Assembly (NCBI GenBank): GCA_900234795.1 | Contig: LT962688.1 | Coordinates: 5,310,001 to 5,342,000 of the forward strand | Source of the DNA: Methylorubrum extorquens | GTDB lineage: Bacteria; Pseudomonadota; Alphaproteobacteria; Rhizobiales; Beijerinckiaceae | DNA: 32,000 nucleotides | Direction of reading: 5' to 3' | Shown: one piece after another, positions 16,454 through 24,070 of the stretch | Position numbering within the stretch: position 1 is the stretch's first letter | How the letters are laid out: each line of letters begins with the position of its first letter | Made by a program: the position numbers and the translations under genes | The notes under the pieces: generated by a model | Told to the model about the DNA's origin: nothing | Seen by the model: the letters and a program-made list of their open reading frames with translations, nothing else | The model's database searches: none

Positions 16454-17242
16454 TCAGCGGATGCCCTTGGAGACCGTTCCGGCCATCTCGTCGGCGGCCT
16501 GGATCACCTTCGAGTTCATCTCGAAGGCGCGCTGGGCCGTGATGAGGCTGGTGATCTCTTTCACCGGATCGACGTTCGAGCCTTCGAGATAGCCCTGCTG
16601 CAGCTTGCCGTAGCTCACGTCGCCGGGATTGCCGACCACGGGCGCGCCGGAGGCCGGGGTCTCGCGGTAGAGGCCGTTGCCGAGCGGTTCGAGGCCGGAA
16701 TCGTTGGCGAAGTTGGCCAGCGTCAACTGGCCGACATTCTGCAACGCGACCTGCCCGTCGATCTTGGCGAAGACCTGACCGGACTCGTTGATCGTCACTT
16801 GCGTCGTGTTCTGAGGGATCAGGATCGCGGGATCGACTGCGTAACCTTCCATGGTCACGAGCTGGCCGGCGTTGTTCTTGTTGAACGAGCCGGCGCGGGT
16901 GTACTGGATCTCGCCCGCCGGGCTGGTGATCTGGAAGTAGCCGCGCCCGTTCACCGCCAGATCGAGCTGGTTGCCGGTGTTGGCCAGCGAGCCCTGCCGG
17001 TGCAGGTTGCGGATCGCGGCGGCGCGGACGCCGAGGCCGAGCATCGCGCCCTCCGGCACCGCCTCCTGGCCCGCCTGGTTCGGCACGCCCTGCTGCCGCT
17101 CGGCCTGATAAAGCAGATCGGTGAACTCGGCCCGCGCGCCCTTGAACCCGGTGGTGTTCAGGTTGGCGATGTTGTTGGCGATGACTTCGAGGTTGAGCTG
17201 CTGGGCGGACATGCCCGTGGCGGCGATGGCGAGCGCGCGCAT
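16454..17242 (-). CDS. flgG: Flagellar distal rod protein FlgG
   Basis: 262 aa. [34 protein letters not shown] at the N-terminus and [38 protein letters not shown] at the C-terminus. Confidence 0.95.
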   Translation of the reverse strand: MRALAIAATGMSAQQLNLEVIANNIANLNTTGFKGARAEFTDLLYQAERQQGVPNQAGQEAVPEGAMLGLGVRAAAIRNLHRQGSLANTGNQLDLAVNGRGYFQITSPAGEIQYTRAGSFNKNNAGQLVTMEGYAVDPAILIPQNTTQVTINESGQVFAKIDGQVALQNVGQLTLANFANDSGLEPLGNGLYRETPASGAPVVGNPGDVSYGKLQQGYLEGSNVDPVKEITSLITAQRAFEMNSKVIQAADEMAGTVSKGIR

Positions 17243-17334
17243 GGCGAGGGATCCTTCGGGCTAGCGCTCTTTCCGCCGAACGGGATGCCGGTTCGGCGTC
17301 AGAGCGCGCGTTGAAACGGAAGCGGCGCGGCCGA

Positions 17335-17688
17335 TCAGATCGGCATGCGGCTGAGTTCGAGGTAGGCGGCGACCACCTTGTCGCGGATCGCCGCCACGGT
17401 CTGGAGGCTCTGCTCGGCGGACATCACCGCCTCGACCACCTGCTGCGCGGTGGCCTTGCCCTGGATGCCGGAGATCGCCGTGGCCTCGCCGGTGCGCAGC
17501 GCGTCGCGGGCGCTGGACGCGACCTGGGCCATCACCTCACCGAAATCGGTGGGCGCGGTCGGGGCGGTCCCGGCGATGCCCGAGAGGGCGGCCGGGCTAA
17601 ACATGGCCTTCTGGGTCGGCGCGGTCCCGGCGAAGGAGGTGCCGGCGACCTTGTCGAAGGCGGCGAGCGAGTTGAGGGCTTCGATCAT
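17335..17688 (-). CDS. fliE: Flagellar hook-basal body protein FliE
   Basis: 117 aa. The C-terminal FliE signature is present ([34 protein letters not shown]). It lies between flgC and flgG. Confidence 0.85.
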   Translation of the reverse strand: MIEALNSLAAFDKVAGTSFAGTAPTQKAMFSPAALSGIAGTAPTAPTDFGEVMAQVASSARDALRTGEATAISGIQGKATAQQVVEAVMSAEQSLQTVAAIRDKVVAAYLELSRMPI

Positions 17689-17701
17689 CGCGGGCGGCTC
17701 T

Positions 17702-18118
17702 TCAGGACTTCAGGAGATCGATGACGCTGGCGACCATGGCCCGGGCCTGTTTGATGACCTGGAGGTTCGCCTCGTAGGAGCGGTTGGCCTCGCGCATGTC
17801 GGCCATCTCGACGAGCATGTTCACGTTGGGCAGCTTGACGTTGCCGTTCGCGTCGGCGGCCGCGTTGGCGGGGTCGTGCTCGGTGCGGAACGGGGCGTTG
17901 TCGGTGCCGATCTCGCGCAGACGCACCGAGGCGACGCCCGCCGCCCGGTCGAGCTCGGCCCGGAACGTCACCGTTTTGCGGGCATAGGGATCGGCCCCCG
18001 GGGTCGCGCCGGTCGATTGCGCGTTGGCGAGGTTCTCGGAGACGACCCGCATGCGCAGCGATTGCGCTTCGAGGCCGGCGCTGGCGAGCCGCGAGGCGGA
18101 GAGCAGGGGATCGATCAT
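17702..18118 (-). CDS. flgC: Flagellar proximal rod protein FlgC
   Basis: 138 aa from ATG 18118, which forms an ATGA overlap with the flgB stop. [21 protein letters not shown] at the N-terminus and [27 protein letters not shown] at the C-terminus. The 309-aa ORF on the track is an artefactual upstream extension. Confidence 0.95.
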   Translation of the reverse strand: MIDPLLSASRLASAGLEAQSLRMRVVSENLANAQSTGATPGADPYARKTVTFRAELDRAAGVASVRLREIGTDNAPFRTEHDPANAAADANGNVKLPNVNMLVEMADMREANRSYEANLQVIKQARAMVASVIDLLKS

Positions 18119-18504
18119 GCGCCGCCCTTCACCGCGGCCATCAGCATGCGATGGAACGACTTCACCACCGCCGTATCGAGGTTGTGCTGCCGGGAGACGT
18201 CGCCGGCCTTGAGCATCTCCTGCTCCAGGCTGACCGCGCTCGACGATTGGAGCACTTCCCAGGTCTCGGTGGGCTTGGCCTCGCGCACGGGGATGCCGGT
18301 GCCCTGCGTTCCCAGATGGCTCGTGGCGGTCGAGGCCATGTCGAGCCCGGTACGCGCCAGAACCTGCGCGAAGGGCATCACGTCCCTCGCCTTGTAGCCG
18401 GGGGTGTTCGCGTTCGCGACGTTTCCAGCGATGGTGGCCTGCCGCGTCGCGAGAAAACGCGCGTGCTGCGAGGCGAGGTCGAACAGGTAGACGCCCGTCG
18501 TCAT
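18115..18504 (-). CDS. flgB: Flagellar proximal rod protein FlgB
   Basis: Carries RQATIAGNVANANTPGYKARD and a C-terminal SLEQEMLKAGDVSRQHNLDTAVVKSFHRML. ATG 18504 follows a GGGGG motif. The track start at 18534 is a TTG and is less likely. Confidence 0.9.
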   Translation of the reverse strand: MTTGVYLFDLASQHARFLATRQATIAGNVANANTPGYKARDVMPFAQVLARTGLDMASTATSHLGTQGTGIPVREAKPTETWEVLQSSSAVSLEQEMLKAGDVSRQHNLDTAVVKSFHRMLMAAVKGGA

Positions 18505-18658
18505 GGCAACGCCCCCATCCCAAGGGCTTCTCAAGAAGCGCGGGACGCGGGCGCACCCGGACGGTGAAACCCGCGTCAGGGAGGAGGTTTAGGTAGGCAA
18601 TCTTGCACGAGGCTGGCTCGCGCCTTGACACGGCCGATCCCCGAGGTAGCGCCTGCGG

Positions 18659-21325
18659 GTGATGGACCAGATCGATGAGCAGGCCGCTGCGGCCGTCTCC
18701 GACGGCGAGGGCGCAGCGCCCCTGCTGCCGGCCGCTTCACGCTATGCCGGGGGCGCCGGGCCCGGCGGACGCGAAGGGCTGCACCGCATCGCACCCAACA
18801 ACCGCTTCGCGCGGGTGGGCTTGAGCTTTTCCGACCTGACGCCAGGCAGTTGGGCCTGCCTGCGATTCGGTCTCGCCTTCGACGCGGACGAGGCGGCGGC
18901 TCTGGCCGTCGATGCCGTCGCGGCCGGCTTCGACTTCCTGGCGGCGGACGGCTCCAGCCTCGATCTCGACCACGTGCCGGGGCTGGCCCGCAGCCTGCTC
19001 GATCCGCACGTTGCTTGGATTCCGGGGCCGGCGCTGCTCGATGCGGAGCCGTTCCGGATCGCCTTCCGCGTGCCCGACCAGGCGCGCGGCGTCAGCGTCA
19101 CCCTGCGCTCGTGGCGCAACACCGGCGACGTCGCCGTGGCCGACCCTGTCCTGCGCCTCGGCGCGCCCGATCCGGCGCCGGCGCCGCGTCGGCGCCCGTT
19201 GTCCGGCGAGGGGCTGCGATTCGACTACGCGCTGGCCGAGGACGTCGCCCTGGTGCTGCGCGGCCAGATCTACGCCGCGCGGGCCGACGAGCATGCCGCG
19301 CGGGTGCGCCTGGTCTACCGTGATGCGGCGGGAGCGGAGATTGCGCCGCCCTACGCCAACGCCGTCTCCGTGCCGGGCCTCGGTGCGGTCATCAACCTCT
19401 CGGCCCAGCCGCAGGCGCGCCGCTTCACCCTGACCCTGCGTCCGCCACCCGGTGCCGCAGCGGTCGCGCTCGATTTCGGTGCGTGGGAGGATGCGCAGAC
19501 CGCCTCGGAGAGCGAGCTGATCGGCCAGCCCGAACTCGCGCTCGAAGACGATTTCCGCCTCGAAAGCCTTTGCGACGACGACGTCCTCGATGCGCCGGCC
19601 TTCCTCGCCCGCCTCGCCGACCGGCTCGGCCTGCCCGAAGGCGTGCCCGCGTCGTGGCGGGCGGGGTCCGAGACGGGCGCCGCGCCGATCCTCGCGCGGG
19701 CCCGCGACTTGCGCAACGGGCCGGATCGCAGTGCGCGGATCGAGGGGGGAGAGTGTGGTCCTGGCTCTGGCCGGCCTGCCCGATTGGACGTTGCCGCAAG
19801 CGCCAGATTGGCGCGAGGATCCGTTCCGCTCGGTGGCGTGGCGCCTCGCCTATCAGTCGTTGGCCTGGCTGCTGCCGCTCGCCGCGCTTCCGGACGGAGC
19901 GGCCCGCGCCCGGACCATCGCCGCGGCGTGGTCGCGGGCCAATCCGTGGAGCCAGCCGGCGGACGGCCTGAGTCTGCACCCGGCGGCTCTGGCCCCCCCC
20001 GCGGCGACGTGCTGGCGAGCCTGCCTACAGGCGTCGACGATCCCGCACGCACCGAGATCGCCGCGGAGGCCGCACGGCAGGGCTTCGCGCTCGCCGAGAT
20101 CGTCGGGCAGAACACCCTGGCGCGGGCTCTGCACGGCATCCAGGCGGCGGCGGCGCTGCTGGCCGTCGCGCGGGCGCTGCCCGGCTTCGCCTTTGCCCCG
20201 TACTGGGATTCCCTGGCGCGCGACAGCCTCACCCACGGCTTCGATGCGCTGTTGTCGGAGGCGGGCGCATTCGCCGATGCCGCCCCGGTGCGGCGCCTCG
20301 ATCTCCTGAGCCACGGACAAGCGATCGCCGAGGCGCTGGGTGAAACCGAGCCCGGCCCGACGATCCGCCGCCGTGTCGAGGCGGCGTTGCCGGGCCTCGC
20401 CGGGCTGATCGATCGCGGCGGGCGGCTGCCGCCCTTCGGCGATGCCCCCGCCGGCCTCGACCACGCCGCCTGGATCGCCCGGCTGTCCTCGCAGGGCCAT
20501 TCTCAGGGTCACGACCTCGTCGCGGAGCGCGACGCCGCGCCCGTTGCCGAGGGCCGTACCGCCGGCATGCTTGCGCTCCGCTACGATGGGATGGAGCAGG
20601 GCTGGGGCCATTTCGCCCTCACCCATGCCGCGCAATCACCGCACGGGCATCGCGACTGCACCTCCTTCACCTTCGCCACGGGCTCGCGGCGCTGGATCGT
20701 GGAGGGCGGCGGCGCCGACGGCGTCGAGGTCGGGCCCGCGCGCCACTACCTGCTCTCGCCCCGCGCCCACAACGTCGCCATCCCCGATGGGTGCGAGCCG
20801 GTCGCCGGTTCGGGGACGCTGAGCGCGCGCTTCACGCTCGACGGTGCCGAGGCCCTGACTCTGTCCACCACCGTGCACGGGCCCGACTACGCCCATGCGC
20901 GCCTCTTCCTCGTGCTCGACGACCTGATCGGGATGGCCGTGATCGACCGATTCGCGCGGGTGGGGCCTTCGCTGTCGTTCGAGGGGCTGCTGCATCTGCC
21001 CCCCGACACCCTCGTCGCGCTCTCCAGCCCCCGCCGGGCGCTCGCCCAGCAGGAGGGGCGGCGGCTCGAATTCTTCGCGATTCCGCTGAAGGGGCAGGCG
21101 GCCGGGTTGGAGGTCGCCATCGGCCGCAGCGACCGGCCGCACGCGATGCAGGGATTTTGCGCGACGGGATCGGGCGGGCTGAGGCCGGCGCCGGTGCTGC
21201 GCTACGCCTTCACCGGCCGCGACACGGTCTGCGGCGGTGTCGTCATCGCCGCGGATGCGGAGGCGGAGCAGCGGCTGGTGCGGTTGCTCGCCGACGGCGC
21301 GGTGCGGCTTTGGGTGGAGGAGTAA
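18659..21325 (+). CDS. Large heparinase II/III-like (polysaccharide-lyase-family) protein with two N-terminal beta-sandwich-like modules. A probable internal compensating frameshift pair lies at 19744-19749 and 19993-20000
   Basis: The C-terminal half carries a Hepar_II_III-type motif (SPHGHRDCTSFTFATGSRRWIVEGG). The Trp-rich alginate-lyase-like helical segment (DWTLPQAPDWREDPFRSVAWRLAYQSLAWLLPL) appears only in the alternative frame between 19750 and 19995. The start is GTG 18659 or ATG 18662. It is transcribed divergently from flgB. Confidence 0.7.
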   Translation: MMDQIDEQAAAAVSDGEGAAPLLPAASRYAGGAGPGGREGLHRIAPNNRFARVGLSFSDLTPGSWACLRFGLAFDADEAAALAVDAVAAGFDFLAADGSSLDLDHVPGLARSLLDPHVAWIPGPALLDAEPFRIAFRVPDQARGVSVTLRSWRNTGDVAVADPVLRLGAPDPAPAPRRRPLSGEGLRFDYALAEDVALVLRGQIYAARADEHAARVRLVYRDAAGAEIAPPYANAVSVPGLGAVINLSAQPQARRFTLTLRPPPGAAAVALDFGAWEDAQTASESELIGQPELALEDDFRLESLCDDDVLDAPAFLARLADRLGLPEGVPASWRAGSETGAAPILARARDLRNGPDRSARIEGGECGPGSGRPARLDVAASARLARGSVPLGGVAPRLSVVGLAAAARRASGRSGPRPDHRRGVVAGQSVEPAGGRPESAPGGSGPPRGDVLASLPTGVDDPARTEIAAEAARQGFALAEIVGQNTLARALHGIQAAAALLAVARALPGFAFAPYWDSLARDSLTHGFDALLSEAGAFADAAPVRRLDLLSHGQAIAEALGETEPGPTIRRRVEAALPGLAGLIDRGGRLPPFGDAPAGLDHAAWIARLSSQGHSQGHDLVAERDAAPVAEGRTAGMLALRYDGMEQGWGHFALTHAAQSPHGHRDCTSFTFATGSRRWIVEGGGADGVEVGPARHYLLSPRAHNVAIPDGCEPVAGSGTLSARFTLDGAEALTLSTTVHGPDYAHARLFLVLDDLIGMAVIDRFARVGPSLSFEGLLHLPPDTLVALSSPRRALAQQEGRRLEFFAIPLKGQAAGLEVAIGRSDRPHAMQGFCATGSGGLRPAPVLRYAFTGRDTVCGGVVIAADAEAEQRLVRLLADGAVRLWVEE

Positions 21326-21349
21326 GTGCCGGCTGGATGCGCCGGCACT
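21325..21349 (+). terminator. GC-rich hairpin right after the heparinase-like gene stop (no U-tract)
   Basis: AGTGCCGGC (21325-21333), a 7-nt loop, then GCCGGCACT (21341-21349). No T-run follows, so intrinsic-terminator function is uncertain. Confidence 0.35.
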
Positions 21350-21358
21350 CCGGATTCG

Positions 21359-21460
21359 CTAGAGCCGTATCCGCCCTGATTGCATCAGGTCGGCGTCTCT
21401 AGGTCTCTGTTTTAACGCGCTTTCTTTTGCCGAACCGGCGTCCACTTCGTCGGAAAGCGC
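21359..21460. repeat. Structured two-hairpin intergenic element between convergent genes
   Basis: Hairpin 1: CTAGAG..CCTGAT-TGC-ATCAGG..CTCTAG (21359-21402). Hairpin 2: GCGCTTTC (21417-21424) paired with GAAAGCGC (21453-21460). The segment is locally AT-richer (GTTTTAACGCGCTTTCTTTTGCC). It resembles a family of conserved alphaproteobacterial intergenic repeats that I recall but cannot verify here. Confidence 0.4.
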
Positions 21461-21468
21461 TCCAGGGC

Positions 21469-21843
21469 TCAGAACCCGGCGCCGATGACGGCGACGGCGC
21501 GGTCGATCGACAGGTAGAACACGCCGAAGGCCACCATCGCCGCAGCGGCGAATTCGAGGGTCTGGTTCGGTAGGGTCTGGAACCGGCGCATGGTCTCGCG
21601 GCCGAAATAGGCGGAGGCCCAGGCGAGCGTCAGGACGGCCGGCATCACGAACAGGTAGGACAGCGTGCTCTCGATCCGCATCGGATCGGTCGGGTCGATC
21701 AGCGCGCGGATGTTGCGCACCCACGGCGCGGAAGCCGCCGCGTAAAGGGTCGTCAGCCACGCCAGCCCGACCGCCACGCCGAGGTGGAAGGTGAACAGGC
21801 GATGCAGGCGCGAGAAGTCGTCGCGCGCGTCGTCGAGCGTCAT
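21469..21843 (-). CDS. Small hypothetical integral membrane protein (about 124 aa, 3-4 predicted TM segments)
   Basis: ATG 21843 (MTLDDARDDFSRLHRLFTFHLGVAVGLAWLTTLYAAA...). Hydrophobic segments include LSYLFVMPAVLTLAWASAYF and AAAAMVAFGVFYL. The longer track ORF (from 21966) begins in an AT-richer stretch that looks non-coding. Confidence 0.55.
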   Translation of the reverse strand: MTLDDARDDFSRLHRLFTFHLGVAVGLAWLTTLYAAASAPWVRNIRALIDPTDPMRIESTLSYLFVMPAVLTLAWASAYFGRETMRRFQTLPNQTLEFAAAAMVAFGVFYLSIDRAVAVIGAGF

Positions 21844-21982
21844 GCGGCAAGCCCCCAAACGATCCGGCCGCTGATTCTTCTGCGATCCGGCCATGGGCCA
21901 GGAGATGGGGGCCAAGGTGGAGTTTTTTGTGACGCGGGGACGGCGGCGTTTGGGCCGCCGTCCCATGGGTCGTTCTTCCGCC

Positions 21983-23293
21983 TCAGGCGGCCGTCTCGGG
22001 CCGGTTCTCGCGCATCAGCTTCACGAAACGCTCGAACAGATAGTGGCTGTCACGCGGGCCCGGAGACGCTTCCGGGTGGTGCTGCACCGAGAAGGCCGGG
22101 CGGTCGGTGAGCGAGAGACCGCAATTCGAGCCGTCGAACAGCGAGACATGGGTCTCGACGGCGGTCTCGGGCAGGCTCGTGGGATCAACCGCGAAGCCGT
22201 GGTTCATCGAGACGATCTCGACCTTGCCGGTGGTGTGGTCCTTCACCGGGTGGTTCGCGCCGTGATGGCCCTGGCCCATCTTCACCGTGCGCCCGCCGAG
22301 CGCGAGGCCCATGAGCTGGTGGCCGAGGCAGATGCCGAAGGTCGGCACCCGCTCGTCGAGCAGCTTGCGGATCACCGGCACGGCGTATTCGCCGGTCGCG
22401 GCAGGGTCGCCGGGACCGTTGGAGAGGAACACGCCGTCCGGCTTCAGCGCCATGATGTCCTCGGCCGTGGTCGTGGCCGGCACCACGGTGACGTCGCAGC
22501 CGGCCTCCGCCAGCAGGCGCAGGATGTTGCGCTTCACGCCGTAATCGATGGCCACGACCTTGAGACCCTGGCCCGGCGCGCGCGAGCCGTAGCCGCCCTT
22601 CACCGCCCAGACGGTCTCGGTCCAGGCCGTGGTCTCGCGGGAGGTCACCGGCGGCACGAGGTCGAGACCTTCCATCGGCGCGAGCGCGGCCGCGCGGGCC
22701 TTCAGCGCCTCGCGATCGAACTTGCCCTCGGGATCATTGGCGATCACGGCGTTGGGCATGCCGCGGTCGCGGATCAGCGCGGTCAGCGCCCGCGTGTCGA
22801 TCCCGGTGATGCCGACGATGCCGCGGGCCTTGAGCCAGCCGTCAAGATGCGAGGACGAGCGCCAATTCGACGGCTTCGTGACCGCCGAGGCGATCACCGC
22901 GCCGCGCACGCCGGAGGCCGGTGCCGCTTCGAGGCTCTCCAGATCCTCGTCGTTGGTGCCGACATTGCCGATATGCGGGAAGGTGAAGGTGACGATCTGC
23001 CCGGCATAGGACGGGTCGGTCAGGATCTCCTGATAGCCCGTCATCGCCGTGTTGAAGCAGACCTCGCCGTCGGCGGCGCCGGTCTGGCCGATGCCGAAGC
23101 CTTCGAGCACGGTGCCGTCGGCCAGGACAAGCAGGGCCGTCACCAGCGGCTCGCTCCAGGGCTCGGGCGCCTTGGGTTCCGGGTTCGTGCGCGCGGGATC
23201 GGCGCGCAGGGTCGCGGGTTCGTCTTGCAGCATGGGTCCGATCCGGCTTATGTCCGCCGCCTCGCGCGGCCGCTCATTCGGGCCGCGGGGCAA
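21983..23293 (-). CDS. carA: Carbamoyl-phosphate synthase small (glutaminase) subunit CarA
   Basis: Carries ALLVLADGTVLEGFGIGQTGAADGEVCFNTAMTGYQEILTDPSYAGQIVTFTFPHIGNVGTN. The GATase active site is FGICLGHQL, and HHGANHPV is present. ATG 23233 is an alternative start. Confidence 0.95.
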   Translation of the reverse strand: MPRGPNERPREAADISRIGPMLQDEPATLRADPARTNPEPKAPEPWSEPLVTALLVLADGTVLEGFGIGQTGAADGEVCFNTAMTGYQEILTDPSYAGQIVTFTFPHIGNVGTNDEDLESLEAAPASGVRGAVIASAVTKPSNWRSSSHLDGWLKARGIVGITGIDTRALTALIRDRGMPNAVIANDPEGKFDREALKARAAALAPMEGLDLVPPVTSRETTAWTETVWAVKGGYGSRAPGQGLKVVAIDYGVKRNILRLLAEAGCDVTVVPATTTAEDIMALKPDGVFLSNGPGDPAATGEYAVPVIRKLLDERVPTFGICLGHQLMGLALGGRTVKMGQGHHGANHPVKDHTTGKVEIVSMNHGFAVDPTSLPETAVETHVSLFDGSNCGLSLTDRPAFSVQHHPEASPGPRDSHYLFERFVKLMRENRPETAA

Positions 23294-23422
23294 GGCGATA
23301 TCTCGCGGGGCTCATAGCGAGCCGGCCGCGCCTGGGTCAATCTGGGCGCGGAATCAGCCGTGCGCAATGCCCTGGACGGATCGAACGTCCGCATCGAAAC
23401 ACCCGACGGGAGTCATAGCATC

Positions 23423-23881
23423 ATGCTGCGCGAGCGCATCACCGCCGAAATGAAAGCGGCCATGAAGGCCGGCGAGAAGCAGAAGCTCTCGACCGTGCGC
23501 ATGATTCAGGCGGCGCTCAAGGACCGCGACATCGCCGCGCGCGGCGAGGGCAAGGGTGAGACGGGCGAGGACGAAATCCTCGCGCTCCTCCAGAAGATGA
23601 TCAAGCAGCGCCAGGAGGCCGCGGGCGTCTACGAGCAGGGCGGTCGGCCCGAACTCGCCGAGAGCGAACGCGCCGAGGCCGAGATCATCCAGACCTTCCT
23701 GCCGCGGCAACTGGACGAGGCCGAGATGCGCACGGCCATCGCCGACGCGATCGCCGAGACCGGCGCCGAGAGCCCGAAGGACATGGGCAAGGTGATCGCC
23801 GCGCTGAAGGGCAAATATACCGGCCGCATGGATTTCGGCCGCGCGAGCGCGCTGGTGAAGGACGCGCTGGCAGGGAAGTAA
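23423..23881 (+). CDS. GatB/YqeY domain-containing protein
   Basis: MLRERITAEMKAAMKAGEKQKLSTVRMIQAALKDRDI...LPRQLDEAEMRTAIADAIAETGAESPKDMGKVIAALKGKYTGRMDFGRASALVKDAL. ATG 23423 follows GGGAG. The track ORF begins earlier, at 23360. Confidence 0.9.
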   Translation: MLRERITAEMKAAMKAGEKQKLSTVRMIQAALKDRDIAARGEGKGETGEDEILALLQKMIKQRQEAAGVYEQGGRPELAESERAEAEIIQTFLPRQLDEAEMRTAIADAIAETGAESPKDMGKVIAALKGKYTGRMDFGRASALVKDALAGK

Positions 23882-23933
23882 ATTTTTTCCCGGACGAGCG
23901 CAGCTCATCAAGGCGGTATTATCCCACGCGCTT

Positions 23934-24038
23934 CCTCACCCTGAGGCGACCGCGTCAGCGGGCCTCGAAAGGTCCTCCAGGGGGCGCGCGGGATCTGGAG
24001 GATCCTTCGAGGCTGCTTCGCAGCACCTCAGGATGAGG
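23934..24038. repeat. Nested-palindrome REP/MITE-like element, copy 2
   Basis: Outer arms are CCTCACCCTGAGG (23934-23946) and CCTCAGGATGAGG (24026-24038). The core at 23961-24014 is about 85% identical to copy 1 (46 of 54 positions by hand alignment). It lies between two convergent gene ends. Confidence 0.75.
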
Positions 24039-24070
24039 TCGTGGATGGGAGACCTGTCTCTCCCGACACG

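Noticed and set aside
18596-18607. GGCAATCTTGCA, which resembles a sigma-54 -24/-12 promoter (GG-N10-GC)
   Set aside because: The GG-to-GC spacing is about 3 nt too short for a functional sigma-54 promoter.
18119-18631. Upstream extension of the flgC ORF (the track gives 17702..18631, 309 aa)
   Set aside because: The extension overlaps flgB out of frame. The FlgC N-terminal rod motif begins at ATG 18118, which forms an ATGA overlap with the flgB stop.
18625-18652. Perfect TTGACA hexamer with a TAGCGC element 16 nt downstream, a possible sigma-70 promoter for the heparinase-like gene
   Set aside because: The putative -10 element lies only about 7-10 nt from the GTG/ATG start codons, and its hexamer is poor. 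It would require a leaderless transcript or a downstream start, and I cannot support either.
1242-20000. Programmed ribosomal frameshifting or slipped-strand phase variation as the explanation for the homopolymer frame breaks
   Set aside because: The runs are short (4-8 nt). There are no slippery heptamers or downstream pseudoknots. Flagellar structural genes are not known to use recoding. Sequencing error or genuine mutation is more parsimonious, although neither can be distinguished without reads.
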